A stretch of 64,000 nucleotides of DNA from Nitrosopumilus sp. (lineage in GTDB: Archaea; Thermoproteota; Nitrososphaeria; Nitrososphaerales; Nitrosopumilaceae), in NCBI GenBank assembly GCA_965218785.1, contig OZ244650.1:608001-672000 (forward strand), given 5' to 3'. The position numbers were made by a program, and so were the translations under genes. Numbering within the stretch: the stretch's first letter is position 1; each line of letters begins with the position of its first letter. Below the pieces are notes generated by a model. That model saw only the letters and a list, made by a program, of their open reading frames with translations, did no database searches and was not told where the DNA came from. This document shows, one piece after another, positions 9,082 through 19,164 of the stretch.

Positions 9082-10351
9082 TCAGTTCTAAAGACTTTGA
9101 AACCACTTCTGCTCCCTGAAGCAAACCGATACTTCCCTTCTTGGCCTGCTGCTCCGTCATTCTTGTCGTACCATCGTTTTTAATAAAATTCGCCGAAACC
9201 AAAACCGGAACGGGATCATCACTGTGTCCCTTGTTGATGCAGGGCGTGGAATGGTCAGCTGATATGATGATTGCAACTTTGCTTGAATCAATATTCTCGA
9301 CAAGCGTCTTGAAGAACCGCTGATCAATCTCCTCTATGTTTTTCATTTTGCCAACTGCGTCCCCGTCATGACCAAATTCATCTGGTCCCTTGAGGTGTAC
9401 ATATATCGCATTTTGTGTCTGCATGGCCTTTGCAGCCATCCTTGCCTTTTCCTCATAATCTGTTAATCCTCCGGCTTCAAATGCCTTCATTTCTAGAACT
9501 TTTGAAATGCCAATCTCAACGGGCATGTCTACTATGCACGAAAAATTCATTGCGTATTTTTCATTAATTGGAACGACATCCGGATATTTGTTGCCTGCAT
9601 CCCTTAGCAGAATACAGCTGAGCTGTTTTTTGTTTTGCCCCTTCCGTTTTTTGTTGATTTCTGCCTCCTTCATAATGCCGATTGCCTGCTCTGAAAACTC
9701 ATTTACCAGACTTGCGGTAAGTTTTGAATCCTTGGTCTCCTCTAAGGGCAGACATTTTTCGATCCTTAGATAATCCCCGACGGCTTTTGCCACCCCCATG
9801 CCACCAATGTTGCTATATGCCGGATCAGTATTGGTGATTTTTGATGATAATTTTTTAGAGTCTGTTCTAATCCTGACTGTCACCCTGTGTCCGATTGTTG
9901 GGGAGACTACCACCGTCGTATCCGGATGTGAAAATTTGATTTTTTCTTCAATTTCTTTTGCCACCCCGACTGCGTCTTCCTTTTCAATATGCCTGCCTGC
10001 CCTTCTGTCTGTAATCACGCCTTTCTCATCAAGTGTGGAATAGTTTCCCCGTAAAGCCAAATCACCATCTTTAAAATCGATTCCAATTCCTATGGCCTCA
10101 ATAACACCGCGTCCGGCATAATCCATATAGTTGAACTTGTATCCCAACATGTTAAAAACGGCAATGTCTGATTCTGGTGCTATCCCCTTCCCAACTGAAA
10201 TTACTTCCCCGATTACCCCATTACTTGCAATTTTATCCAAAATCGGAGTCCTTGCAGCCTCTAATGGCGTTCTTCCATCCAAATCAGGATGTGGCAGATC
10301 CCCAACACCGTCCAAAAGCACGTAAACCATGTGAATACCTGAATTATCCAA
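9065..10351 (-). CDS. apgM: 2,3-bisphosphoglycerate-independent phosphoglycerate mutase
   Basis: LLDGVGD, TPLEAA, PESD, HLKGPDEFGHDG, ADHSTP, HSDDPVP. Confidence 0.93.
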   Translation of the reverse strand: MDNSGIHMVYVLLDGVGDLPHPDLDGRTPLEAARTPILDKIASNGVIGEVISVGKGIAPESDIAVFNMLGYKFNYMDYAGRGVIEAIGIGIDFKDGDLALRGNYSTLDEKGVITDRRAGRHIEKEDAVGVAKEIEEKIKFSHPDTTVVVSPTIGHRVTVRIRTDSKKLSSKITNTDPAYSNIGGMGVAKAVGDYLRIEKCLPLEETKDSKLTASLVNEFSEQAIGIMKEAEINKKRKGQNKKQLSCILLRDAGNKYPDVVPINEKYAMNFSCIVDMPVEIGISKVLEMKAFEAGGLTDYEEKARMAAKAMQTQNAIYVHLKGPDEFGHDGDAVGKMKNIEEIDQRFFKTLVENIDSSKVAIIISADHSTPCINKGHSDDPVPVLVSANFIKNDGTTRMTEQQAKKGSIGLLQGAEVVSKSLELIKSQI

Positions 10352-10505
10352 AATATCCCTGCTTATCTAAGATCACATACTTTGTTTTAAAGCTATCAAA
10401 ACATGGTTATGTCGGGCTATCGAGACCTAGAAAATCAGATTGAATTATTCAAAATATGAATTCTAATAATAGATAATTTAAATACAAATTTTATAAACAG
10501 CCCAT

Positions 10506-11801
10506 GTGAGATTAGAAAAAGTTTTTGGAGTAATTAATGATGATCTATCAACATATGTATCAAGGCAAGAAATAGATGACTGCTTTAAGAAAGCGTTTGA
10601 GCAAAAAAGGCAACTTGTAGTATATGGCTCATCTAAACAAGGAAAGACCACACTTCTAAATGCCCATATAGCGCAGGAAAATAAAATTACAGTTCAATGT
10701 TCTCCAACAATAACTTTACACGATATTTATAAAACCATTCTTAAAAAATTACAGATTACAATTCAATCTAGTAGTTCAATTGAAAATGAAGACAGTACCA
10801 AAACTAAGTTTAATTTTAAAGTAAAAATTCCCATGTTAGCTGAAGCGGGAATAGAAGTTGAAAAATCATCAGGTGAACGAGAAACAAATTCCGAATTATA
10901 GATGGATATTGACAGTGCACAAGATGTGGCAGAAATACTGAAAAAATATTTTCCTGAAAAAATCGTCATACTTGAAAATTTTCATTATTTAGAAGAGAAG
11001 GAACAAAAATTATTTGCTTTTGATTTAAGAACATTTCAAGATATTGATGTGCGAGTAATAATTTTAGGAATTTGGAGAGAAAGAAACAGATTAACTCAGT
11101 ATAATGGAGATTTACAAGACAGAATAATTGAATTACCTGTAGAACCTTGGACGGGAGAGCATTTACAAGAAATAATCAAGTTGGGTGAAAAATCTCTCAA
11201 TATAGATATGAGTGACATTAGGAATGATCTGATTAAAGAATCATTTGGTAATGTTGGAATGTTACAAGAATTATGTAAAGAATGTTGTTATGATGCACAC
11301 ATAATTGAAACTGAAGATCTAAGGAAATTAACAAATGATAATTTACAAAATGCTATTGCTAAAATTACTAATTCGTATGCAAGTAGATTCCACAGAGCAC
11401 TTGAAACATTTGCAGATGCTAAACCAAGACAATCTCCAGATGGAAGTCAAGGGTTAGGAATGCCATATTTTTTTGTACGTGTTGTTCTTTCAAATTCCGA
11501 TGCACGACAAATTAAAAATGGATTATCTGTGTACGATTTGAGAAAAGCAATTAAAAAAATCCATCCAAATCACGATAATAGAAGATTTGATAGTGCTCTT
11601 ACTATTTTTCTCAATAGAATAAACATATATCAAAAAAATCACGGCATTACTCCCTCAATTTTTGACTATGATACCAATTTACGACAATTAAATATTGTTG
11701 ATCCTAATTTCTTCTTTTTTGTTAGACATTATAATCATGATGAATTTTTAGAGGGTTTAAAACTACCACTTGGATATGCAAAAAAAACTCCAAGTTCATA
11801 A
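10506..11801 (+). pseudogene. AT-rich P-loop ATPase interrupted by an in-frame TAG (10899-10901)
   Basis: Walker A GSSKQGKT in the first ORF; Walker B-like IVILENFH in the second ORF, same frame, starting immediately after the TAG. Confidence 0.75.
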
Positions 11802-11804
11802 ATC

Positions 11805-12588
11805 TCAGAATTTTCAGGAATTTCAGGAATTTCAGGAATTTCAGGAATTTGAGGAATTTCAGGAATTTCAGGAATTTCAGGAATTTGAGGAATTTCAGGA
11901 ATTTCAGGAAGGTTTGAGGAATTTGAGGAATTTCAGGAATTTGAGGAATTTCAGGAATTTCAGGAATTTCAGGAATTTCAGGAATTTCAGGAATTTCAGG
12001 AATTTCAGGAATTTCAGGAATTTGAGGAATTTCAGGAATTTCAGGAATTTCAGGAGGAATTTCAGGAATTTGAGGAATTTCAGAAATTTCAGGAATTTCA
12101 GGAATTTCAGGAATTTCAGGAATTTCAGGAATTTCAGGAATTTCAGGAATTTCAGGAATTTCAGGAATTTCAGGAAGCTTTGAGGAATTTCAGGAATTTC
12201 AGGAAGGAATTTCAGGAATTTCAGGAATTTCAGGAATTTCAGGAATTTGAGGAATTTCAGGAATTTGAGGAATTTCAGGAATTTCAGGAATTTCAGGAAT
12301 TTCAGGAATTTCAGGAATTTCAGGGAGCTTTGAATTTCAGGAATTTCAGGAAGGTTTGAGGAATTTCAGGAATTTCAGGAATTTCAGGAATTTGAGGAAT
12401 TTCAGGAAAGTTTCAGGAATTTCAGGAATTTGAGGAATTTCAGGAATTTGAGGAATTTGAGGAATTTGAGGAATTTGAGGAATTTGAGGAATTTCAGGAA
12501 TTTCAGGAGAAAGTTTCAGGAATTTCAGGAATTTGAGGAATTTCAGGAATTTGAGGAATTTGAGGAATTTGAGGAATTTGAGGAATTT
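11805..12588. repeat. 9-bp tandem repeat array (GGAATTTCA / GGAATTTGA), roughly 85 units
   Basis: Directly visible; two alternating unit variants with occasional short interruptions such as ggaaggtttga and ggaagctttga. Confidence 0.97.
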
Positions 12589-12930
12589 TAGAGCTGACAC
12601 CTCTAAATGAGAGCACATTTTGCATGTTTTTAGTCACGCACTTATTTATTTCTCATACCCCATGTGATAAGAATTCTTCAAGAGGGTCTGTTGCAAATTG
12701 GTGATATATGCATGAACTCCAATCTTGATAAGATCCTGATTTCATGTCTCGATCATTAGACAGAACCCAAAACATGCGATCAAAAAAAACCCAAGACTCG
12801 TTGTTTTATTTTTCCAAAACATAATTTTTTGATGGGAACATCCCAACCTGTTAAACCCGTGGATTTTTTTTATCTGGGTTTTAATCATGACTTAGCAAAC
12901 ATTTTAAAACACATATTTTAGATAACAATC

Positions 12931-13947
12931 ATGGGAGATATGCGCAAGGATTACGTATCTGAGCGCTTTATGATAATTTCAAAAAAAGATGACAAAGTCC
13001 CCGACCCAAAAAAATTCCCATACGCACCTGGAAATGAAGCCATGACAAATCCCTCCGTTTTGTCCCTTGTTGCAAAGGATGGAATGCTGCAGCGGCTTCA
13101 GGACAATGAGGATGAATATGTGAAAGGATGGTCAATTAGGGTTTTTGAAAGCAAAAATCCCATAGTATCAATAGAGACTGAAAATTCCTACAGTGATCGG
13201 CCTTTTTATAGCGAACCGGCATATGGATACCATTACATCGTGGTTGCAACCCCCAACAAAACAGACACGTTTGCAACAATTGATGCTGAACAATGGTCAA
13301 ATGTCCTTGTAGTCGTTCAGGACAGATTAAGATGGCTTTACACCCAAAAAGGCGTTACATACGTCTCCATTTATGCTGACCACGGCGAGCTGGCAGGCAA
13401 TGAAAATCCACATCCACACCTTCACATTCTTACATTTTCTACAATCCCGCCAATAATTGAAAACGAGGCAGAGGCCTCCCACAAGATTCTAAATGAAAAA
13501 GGTGTATGTCCCATGTGTCAGATAGTGCATGAAGAGACTGCAGGCAAGCGGGAGATACTTCAGACAGAGGGATTTATCGCGTTTTGTCCGTGGTCCCCCT
13601 CCCATCCTTACGAATTCTGGATTTCCCCCAAAAAACACACTACAAGTTTCTCAAAAATCACTCAAAAAGAGATTAACAATCTATCTCTGATTCTAAGATC
13701 CACCTTGGGCGGTCTTTCTAACACCATCAAAAACGTCTCATATAACTTGGTATTTCATCTCTCTCCTGAAAAGAAAAACAGCAGGCAAATTCACTGGCAC
13801 ATTGAAGTCTATCCAATCACCAAGGCATGGTCTGGATTAGAACGTGGATATGGAATCTTCCTAAATGACGTGTCTCCTGAGCAGGCCGCCGAAAAACTTG
13901 GAGTTGCCTGCCGAAAGGAGATGGCAAATCTTGTCGGCATTGTCTGA
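12931..13947 (+). CDS. galT: Galactose-1-phosphate uridylyltransferase (GalT/HIT family)
   Basis: PGNE, HPHLH nucleophile motif, CPMC, HWHIEVYP, GLERGYG. Confidence 0.85.
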   Translation: MGDMRKDYVSERFMIISKKDDKVPDPKKFPYAPGNEAMTNPSVLSLVAKDGMLQRLQDNEDEYVKGWSIRVFESKNPIVSIETENSYSDRPFYSEPAYGYHYIVVATPNKTDTFATIDAEQWSNVLVVVQDRLRWLYTQKGVTYVSIYADHGELAGNENPHPHLHILTFSTIPPIIENEAEASHKILNEKGVCPMCQIVHEETAGKREILQTEGFIAFCPWSPSHPYEFWISPKKHTTSFSKITQKEINNLSLILRSTLGGLSNTIKNVSYNLVFHLSPEKKNSRQIHWHIEVYPITKAWSGLERGYGIFLNDVSPEQAAEKLGVACRKEMANLVGIV

Positions 13948-13988
13948 TTTTTTGAATGGTTTATTTATCAACTAAAACTGCTAGAATC

Positions 13989-14429
13989 ATGGCAATTGAG
14001 AAATGGCTTGCAATTACCAGTGTTGCACTATTTGCAATGTTTGCAGGAGAAATGATCTCAGTTTATAATTTCATGATCGATCCTCCGGAGGAATTCACAT
14101 TCCTGGGATCCTTTTCAGCGGATCCAAAAATACTTCAATTCATCTCAATTGGCATCGCACCTGCCGGAATCCTGGCAGCCGTTGCCTTTATCATGTCTAG
14201 ACAGTATGGCTCAAAACCAATCGGCGCGATGATCATCGTTGGTGGAATAATCCTGTTGGCAGGAATGCTTGTCTGTTATTTACTGCTAGAGAAAATTAAT
14301 CCGATATATCTTACAGATGTTGTTTTGCTTGCACCATTTTTGTTTATGGCACTCACCATTCCCGTAGTTATAGTCGGCGCATGCTTGCTCAAAGAGAAAA
14401 AGAAACGCCCCAGAAAGGAATTTTTTTAG
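13989..14429 (+). CDS. Four-TM membrane protein
   Basis: Four hydrophobic segments and a basic C-terminal tail. Confidence 0.75.
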   Translation: MAIEKWLAITSVALFAMFAGEMISVYNFMIDPPEEFTFLGSFSADPKILQFISIGIAPAGILAAVAFIMSRQYGSKPIGAMIIVGGIILLAGMLVCYLLLEKINPIYLTDVVLLAPFLFMALTIPVVIVGACLLKEKKKRPRKEFF

Positions 14430-14869
14430 ACATAGTCATATCTTAGCTCGCTTGCAACATGTCTAAAGCCGAGTTTTTCATAAAATGATTTTACATCATC
14501 CGTACAATCCAAAATTGTCTTGTAACAGCCGCGTTTTTTTGCGATTTCAAGAAGATGGTTCATAATCTTCTCTCCTATCTTCCGTCCCTGAAATTCCGCA
14601 TCCACCACAACGTCTTCAATATGGCCTACCAGTCCGCCGCTATGGATGAATTTCTGTTCAATTATTAGTGTCGCGGCCCCTACTATCCTTCCGTCTGATT
14701 CGGCGACTGCTATGATATGATCCTGGTCTGCGTTAATTTTCTCAAAAATTTCATCTGCCCTGCCCTTGTCAATATGACTTGTCTGTCTTAATGAATCCAG
14801 CGTTCTCAAGAAACCGTTTTGGAGATCCCCGCTTTTTAATTCCCTGATAACTGGCTCGCTCATTTTCAT
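14426..14869 (-). CDS. GNAT acetyltransferase, glucosamine-6-phosphate N-acetyltransferase (GNA1)-like
   Basis: EQKFIH, GHIEDVVV, CYKTILDC, FYEKLGF. Confidence 0.88.
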   Translation of the reverse strand: MKMSEPVIRELKSGDLQNGFLRTLDSLRQTSHIDKGRADEIFEKINADQDHIIAVAESDGRIVGAATLIIEQKFIHSGGLVGHIEDVVVDAEFQGRKIGEKIMNHLLEIAKKRGCYKTILDCTDDVKSFYEKLGFRHVASELRYDYV

Positions 14870-14871
14870 CC

Positions 14872-15573
14872 TCAGATTTTTCCAAGCTTTTGAATATAGC
14901 GTTGATGTGCCTTTTCGTAGGATGATTTGTCACCAATATCTGTAAATCCGTTCCTTGTTCTAAAACTGCTGATCAGTTTTTTTCTGTTCATTGCCTTTCT
15001 GATAAGATCATCCATCCCATATGGCCGATTCTTTGGAATATAGCTCAGGACCTTGGGTTCCATGACGTAACATCCCATGTTTACATCAGCCTTAATCTCT
15101 GGTTTTTCATTCCAACTCTGAACTTTTCCTGTTTTTAAAGTCTCAATTACGCCATATGGCAGGTTGGTTTTATACTCGTTAAGACTAATTGTGACAAATG
15201 CCTTTTTCTTCCGGTGCTGTTTTATCATGTTTCTAAGGCTAAAATCAAAGACAGAATCCCCATACATGCACACAAAAGTATCATCTATGAAATTCTCCGC
15301 GGTTTTGAGCTGGCCTGCAGTAGCTAGCGGCCTGTTTGAAACTGCATATTCAATATCCACCCCGAAACTCTTTCCGTCTTCAAAATAGTCTTCGATTGTT
15401 TTTTTAAGATAACTGACACACAAAACAACTGATTTTACACCATTTTTTTTGGTCCAATCAATTAGATGCTCTAGTATCGGCTTTTCACCTAGTGGCAGCA
15501 TCGGTTTTGGGATAAATGACGTGTATGGTAAAAGCCTTGTACCTAGTCCCCCGGCAAGAATCACTGCTTTCAC
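14872..15573 (-). CDS. Sugar-phosphate nucleotidyltransferase
   Basis: KAVILAGGLGTRL and PKPMLP; EKP motif. Confidence 0.92.
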   Translation of the reverse strand: MKAVILAGGLGTRLLPYTSFIPKPMLPLGEKPILEHLIDWTKKNGVKSVVLCVSYLKKTIEDYFEDGKSFGVDIEYAVSNRPLATAGQLKTAENFIDDTFVCMYGDSVFDFSLRNMIKQHRKKKAFVTISLNEYKTNLPYGVIETLKTGKVQSWNEKPEIKADVNMGCYVMEPKVLSYIPKNRPYGMDDLIRKAMNRKKLISSFRTRNGFTDIGDKSSYEKAHQRYIQKLGKI

Positions 15574-15622
15574 AAACCCTGTTTGCTTGATGACTATTTA
15601 TGTAAGTATGTATTGGGCGGGA

Positions 15623-16918
15623 TTAAATAACCTTCAAAATCTTTTTCACTATGCTGTCCGGGGTTTTTCCAAAAACTATGATCATCGGTTCTTTCCCGAA
15701 ATCCCCCTTGTGAAACACGATGTCAGGTGCCTTGTTTAAATTTCTAATCGAGTTTTTAATTCCCCATTCTATGGTGGAATGCCCTACCTTTACATTTTTG
15801 GGCTCTTGACTCCTATCATAACTAGAAAAGGTCATTTTTGATTTTTTGATTTTTGATATGGTGACATCCTGGTATTTGAGATTTATTGCCGAGCATACCT
15901 GCGGAAATTTTTTATTGACTGCAAGCAGTGCTGTTGCAACATGTTTTGAGCCACCGTATCTCAGGTCGCCTGCAACAATGACGTCTCTTCCGGATTTTAC
16001 AATTCTTCCTGCGATGCCCAGAACATCCCCTGTCGTTTCTGGTTTTTGTCTGGAACTTACAAAATTTGTCTGGCATTCTGGAATATTTTTATAGATATTT
16101 TTAATCCCTACAAATTCATTGATTGCCTCTGATAATTCTGACTTTATGCTGTCCTGCCCAGTGCTGGTTATGGCGATTCCCCTTCCGAGCATCTTTGCAT
16201 TTTTTATTGAATCATAGGCGAATTGCTTTGCAAATTTCACCGATTCCTGCATGCTGTCCCCCTTTACAAATGCAAAAAGCATGGCTGCAGAGTAGTTGCA
16301 TCCGCTCCCATGGTTGATTTTGGAAATTTTATCCCCTGAAACAACGTATTGCTTTTCTCTCTCCAATACAAAATCCGATATCTGGTTGTCTTTTCCATCA
16401 ATTCCGGTGATTACCACATTTTGTGCCCCCATCTTTTGAATTATTTTTGCAACTTTTTTGGGTGAATTTTTTGCATCGATTCTGGTTTTTGAGAGGATTT
16501 CTGCCTCAAATCTGTTTGGTGTAATTATCGTGGCAAGAGGAATGATTAATTTTTGAAAATCCTTGATGGCAGAGTCTTTAATTAATAATCCTCCCGTGGT
16601 TGATTTTATTACCGGATCAACTACTATGGGAATTTTTAATTTTTCTAGTTTTTGATGTACTGTTTGGATGGTTTTTGAATCATACACCATTCCAATTTTT
16701 ATTCCGTCAATCTTAAAATCCGACATTACCGAGTTTAACTGGCTTTTTAGAGCATTACGTGAGACTGGTTCGCTTGTATCAAATTTTGTGGTGTTTTGAC
16801 TGGTAATTGCGGTAATTACTGTCAAACAATGCGCGTCTAGCAAAGAAAACGCCCTGATGTCACTTTGAATGCCAGCTCCTGATGAAGGATCCGATCCCCC
16901 GATAGAAAGTAAATTCAC
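15623..16918 (-). CDS. thiDN: Bifunctional HMP/HMP-P kinase - thiamine-phosphate synthase (ThiD-ThiN fusion)
   Basis: GSDPSSGAGIQSD, VDPV, TPN, HGSGC; C-terminal IPECQTN, GGSKHVA, GKEPM. Confidence 0.92.
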   Translation of the reverse strand: MNLLSIGGSDPSSGAGIQSDIRAFSLLDAHCLTVITAITSQNTTKFDTSEPVSRNALKSQLNSVMSDFKIDGIKIGMVYDSKTIQTVHQKLEKLKIPIVVDPVIKSTTGGLLIKDSAIKDFQKLIIPLATIITPNRFEAEILSKTRIDAKNSPKKVAKIIQKMGAQNVVITGIDGKDNQISDFVLEREKQYVVSGDKISKINHGSGCNYSAAMLFAFVKGDSMQESVKFAKQFAYDSIKNAKMLGRGIAITSTGQDSIKSELSEAINEFVGIKNIYKNIPECQTNFVSSRQKPETTGDVLGIAGRIVKSGRDVIVAGDLRYGGSKHVATALLAVNKKFPQVCSAINLKYQDVTISKIKKSKMTFSSYDRSQEPKNVKVGHSTIEWGIKNSIRNLNKAPDIVFHKGDFGKEPMIIVFGKTPDSIVKKILKVI

Positions 16919-17050
16919 ACCGTCTTGCAGTTCTTTGCATTAATCTATTTTTCCTTTAATCCCAAATCTTGATTCGATGGTCTGTGATAGCTGTTTATAG
17001 TTGATCGATTCTGTTTTATCTGATTGACTAAAATTCCTTTAATTGATGAC

Positions 17051-17215
17051 ATGCCTCTCGAGGAATTACGGTGTACGACCTGTTTGCTGCCTATGCAGTA
17101 CCAGACAAAAAAAGACGGCAAATTCCTGTGGCAGTGCTTCAAATGCGGAAAACGTTACCTTGTTTCAAACAATGACGATGATCATGTTGAAGAGAGTTGG
17201 AGTCCCCCTAGGTGA
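17051..17215 (+). CDS. Small zinc-ribbon protein
   Basis: CTTC...WQCFKCG (two CxxC); ATG at 17051. Confidence 0.5.
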   Translation: MPLEELRCTTCLLPMQYQTKKDGKFLWQCFKCGKRYLVSNNDDDHVEESWSPPR

Positions 17216-17348
17216 TGGTATCTCTGAAATAGAATACTATAATCCAAAAATCAAAAACTGAGATTGTGTTACACTGTACCATCCGTGTTTACCCGTTTTC
17301 ATCTGGGATCAACGTCTATACTATATACCACGTACACTACAATATACT

Positions 17349-17585
17349 GTGAGTGGAATATCTAGTATCAGGGTATCTAAAGAATCCAAACAACGTTGGG
17401 AAAACTACAAGATTTATCCCAAAGAAAGCATGGAAGATTTGATAAATCGTGTTTTCGCACTAGCTTATGAGACAAAAGAGCCATTTGATGAGGCTGATTT
17501 GACTGATATTGAAAAATCTCTTGATGATTTTAGAAACAACAGGTATCAGAGCACTGATCAGCTTCTCAAAGAGCTAAAATCTTGA
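17349..17585 (+). CDS. Putative antitoxin (ribbon-helix-helix type)
   Basis: SSIRVSKE...ESMEDLINR...DIEKSLDDF...STDQLLKEL, typical of archaeal RelE/ParE partners. Confidence 0.65.
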   Translation: MSGISSIRVSKESKQRWENYKIYPKESMEDLINRVFALAYETKEPFDEADLTDIEKSLDDFRNNRYQSTDQLLKELKS

Positions 17586-17800
17586 GCTGGAATTCTGTGG
17601 TCTGATACTGCCATCAAACAACTAGAAATTCACAAAACAAGATCAGAATGCTGGCAAAAACAAAAGATGTAGAATCTGATCCGTTTGGATGTATTTCAAA
17701 ACTTTGAGTAACCATGATGCCTGTTCAGTTGCAGAAGAGATAATACACCCGTCTGAATCATCGAAAAAAATCACGTCAGTTCTACGAGTTTTGGATTTTG
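17582..17800 (+). pseudogene. Degraded RelE/ParE-like toxin
   Basis: TTG overlapping the antitoxin stop; frameshifted fragments ILWSDTAIKQLE and IRMLAKTKDVESDPF. Confidence 0.5.
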
Positions 17801-17835
17801 TTAATACTTGCCCTCCTTACGCAAAACCCGTGATT

Positions 17836-19113
17836 CTAACCCAGAATCACGCCTATATCCATAAGATTTGTGTGGGTAAAACCAGTTACGATGTTTGCTT
17901 TTTGTTTTTGAAAGAACCTGCCTGAATCATTATTTTTGAGGAATTCCTTGGTTATCCTCGAGTCCATTTTTGTATTTTCAGTTATTGCCCCTGCAAAAAC
18001 AGAGTTTCCATCAATTCCATCCGTACCCATACATGCAATGACAATCTTTTTTATTTTTTGCGTGTTTTTTAAAATTCTCAGGGCTAATTCCTGATTTCTT
18101 CCACCCATTCCTTTGCCGCGAACCTTTAGCGTTGTTTCTCCTCCGAAAATAAGACATGTTTTTTGTTCTTCTGAAATGTTTTCGAGAATTTTTCTAGTCG
18201 CGTCTTTGATGTTTTCAAAAATCTGGATTGTAACTACTTTGTAACCCATCTTCTCGGCTGTCTTTTGCATCTCTTTTAGGCAGTTACTGTTATTTGCAAT
18301 GACGGTATTCTCAATTTTTGGCTTTGTTGTAATTTTGGCATCCTCCCTTTTCTGTCCTTCTTTTAATATCTGCAGAACTTCCAAAGGCATCTTCCTTTTA
18401 ATCTTGTATTTTTCTAAAATGTCAAAGACATCTGAAAACGTCGTATCATCCATGTATGTGGTACCTGACGCAATAGATGACATGTCATCGTCTTGCACAT
18501 CTGACATTATCAGACCCAGACCATGACACCTCATATTTTGAATCAATCTGCCCCCCTTGATCTTTGATAGATGTTTTCTAACACAATTAAACTCCTGAAT
18601 TGTGGCACCTGATTTTAACAGCAGATCCGTAACATAGATTTTATCATTCAGGGTAATCCCGTCTGGCATTGCAAGCAGTGACGAACCTCCTCCCGAAACA
18701 AGAAAAATTACCATCTCATCACTCCGTTTGTTTTGGAGAAATTTTATCACCTCTTTTGCCGCCTTTACGCTTGTTTTATCTGGTTTGGGATGTCCAGAGT
18801 TGAAGATCTGAAATTTTTTACCCTTGATTCTGGATTTTGAGCCCTTGGGGATTATCACAATTCCGCTTTTTATTGGAATTACTGCATTAAGTGCCCTGGT
18901 CATAGAATCCCCTGCCTTGCCAAATGCCACAGAATAGATGTTAGAATACCCCTCAATATTGACTGACTTTGCCCCAATCCTGATTTCATTAGGTGTCACA
19001 AACTTTGGAATTATATTTTGAGGATCTGCTGCATAAAGAGCCGCCTCCAAAATTTCAAGACATTCTTTTTTCTTATCCGTAGTTGCCAGTTCTTCGAAAT
19101 TCTTGATAATCAT
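17836..19113 (-). CDS. Glycerate kinase type 2 (DUF4147/MOFRL)
   Basis: FGKAG, HPKPD, SGGGSSL, KGGRL, SDV, GGETT, GGRNQE, GTDGIDG, TNLMD. Confidence 0.92.
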   Translation of the reverse strand: MIIKNFEELATTDKKKECLEILEAALYAADPQNIIPKFVTPNEIRIGAKSVNIEGYSNIYSVAFGKAGDSMTRALNAVIPIKSGIVIIPKGSKSRIKGKKFQIFNSGHPKPDKTSVKAAKEVIKFLQNKRSDEMVIFLVSGGGSSLLAMPDGITLNDKIYVTDLLLKSGATIQEFNCVRKHLSKIKGGRLIQNMRCHGLGLIMSDVQDDDMSSIASGTTYMDDTTFSDVFDILEKYKIKRKMPLEVLQILKEGQKREDAKITTKPKIENTVIANNSNCLKEMQKTAEKMGYKVVTIQIFENIKDATRKILENISEEQKTCLIFGGETTLKVRGKGMGGRNQELALRILKNTQKIKKIVIACMGTDGIDGNSVFAGAITENTKMDSRITKEFLKNNDSGRFFQKQKANIVTGFTHTNLMDIGVILG

Positions 19114-19164
19114 TACAATTACCAATAATGCAAGATATATAATCGTCAATGATTTTTTTATTTT

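Noticed and set aside
10899-10901. Pyrrolysine decoding of the TAG
   Set aside because: No pyl genes in the window, and TAG is an ordinary stop for several core genes here.
11805-12588. CRISPR array
   Set aside because: The unit is 9 bp with no unique spacers, and there are no cas genes in the window.
11805-12588. Resemblance of GGAATTTC to the NF-kB site (host decoy idea)
   Set aside because: Lacks the GGG...CC ends of the consensus, and there is no route to host nuclei.
12346-12618. ORF with LKF/PEI repeats
   Set aside because: A by-product of the stop-free frames of the 9-mer array; no independent coding evidence.
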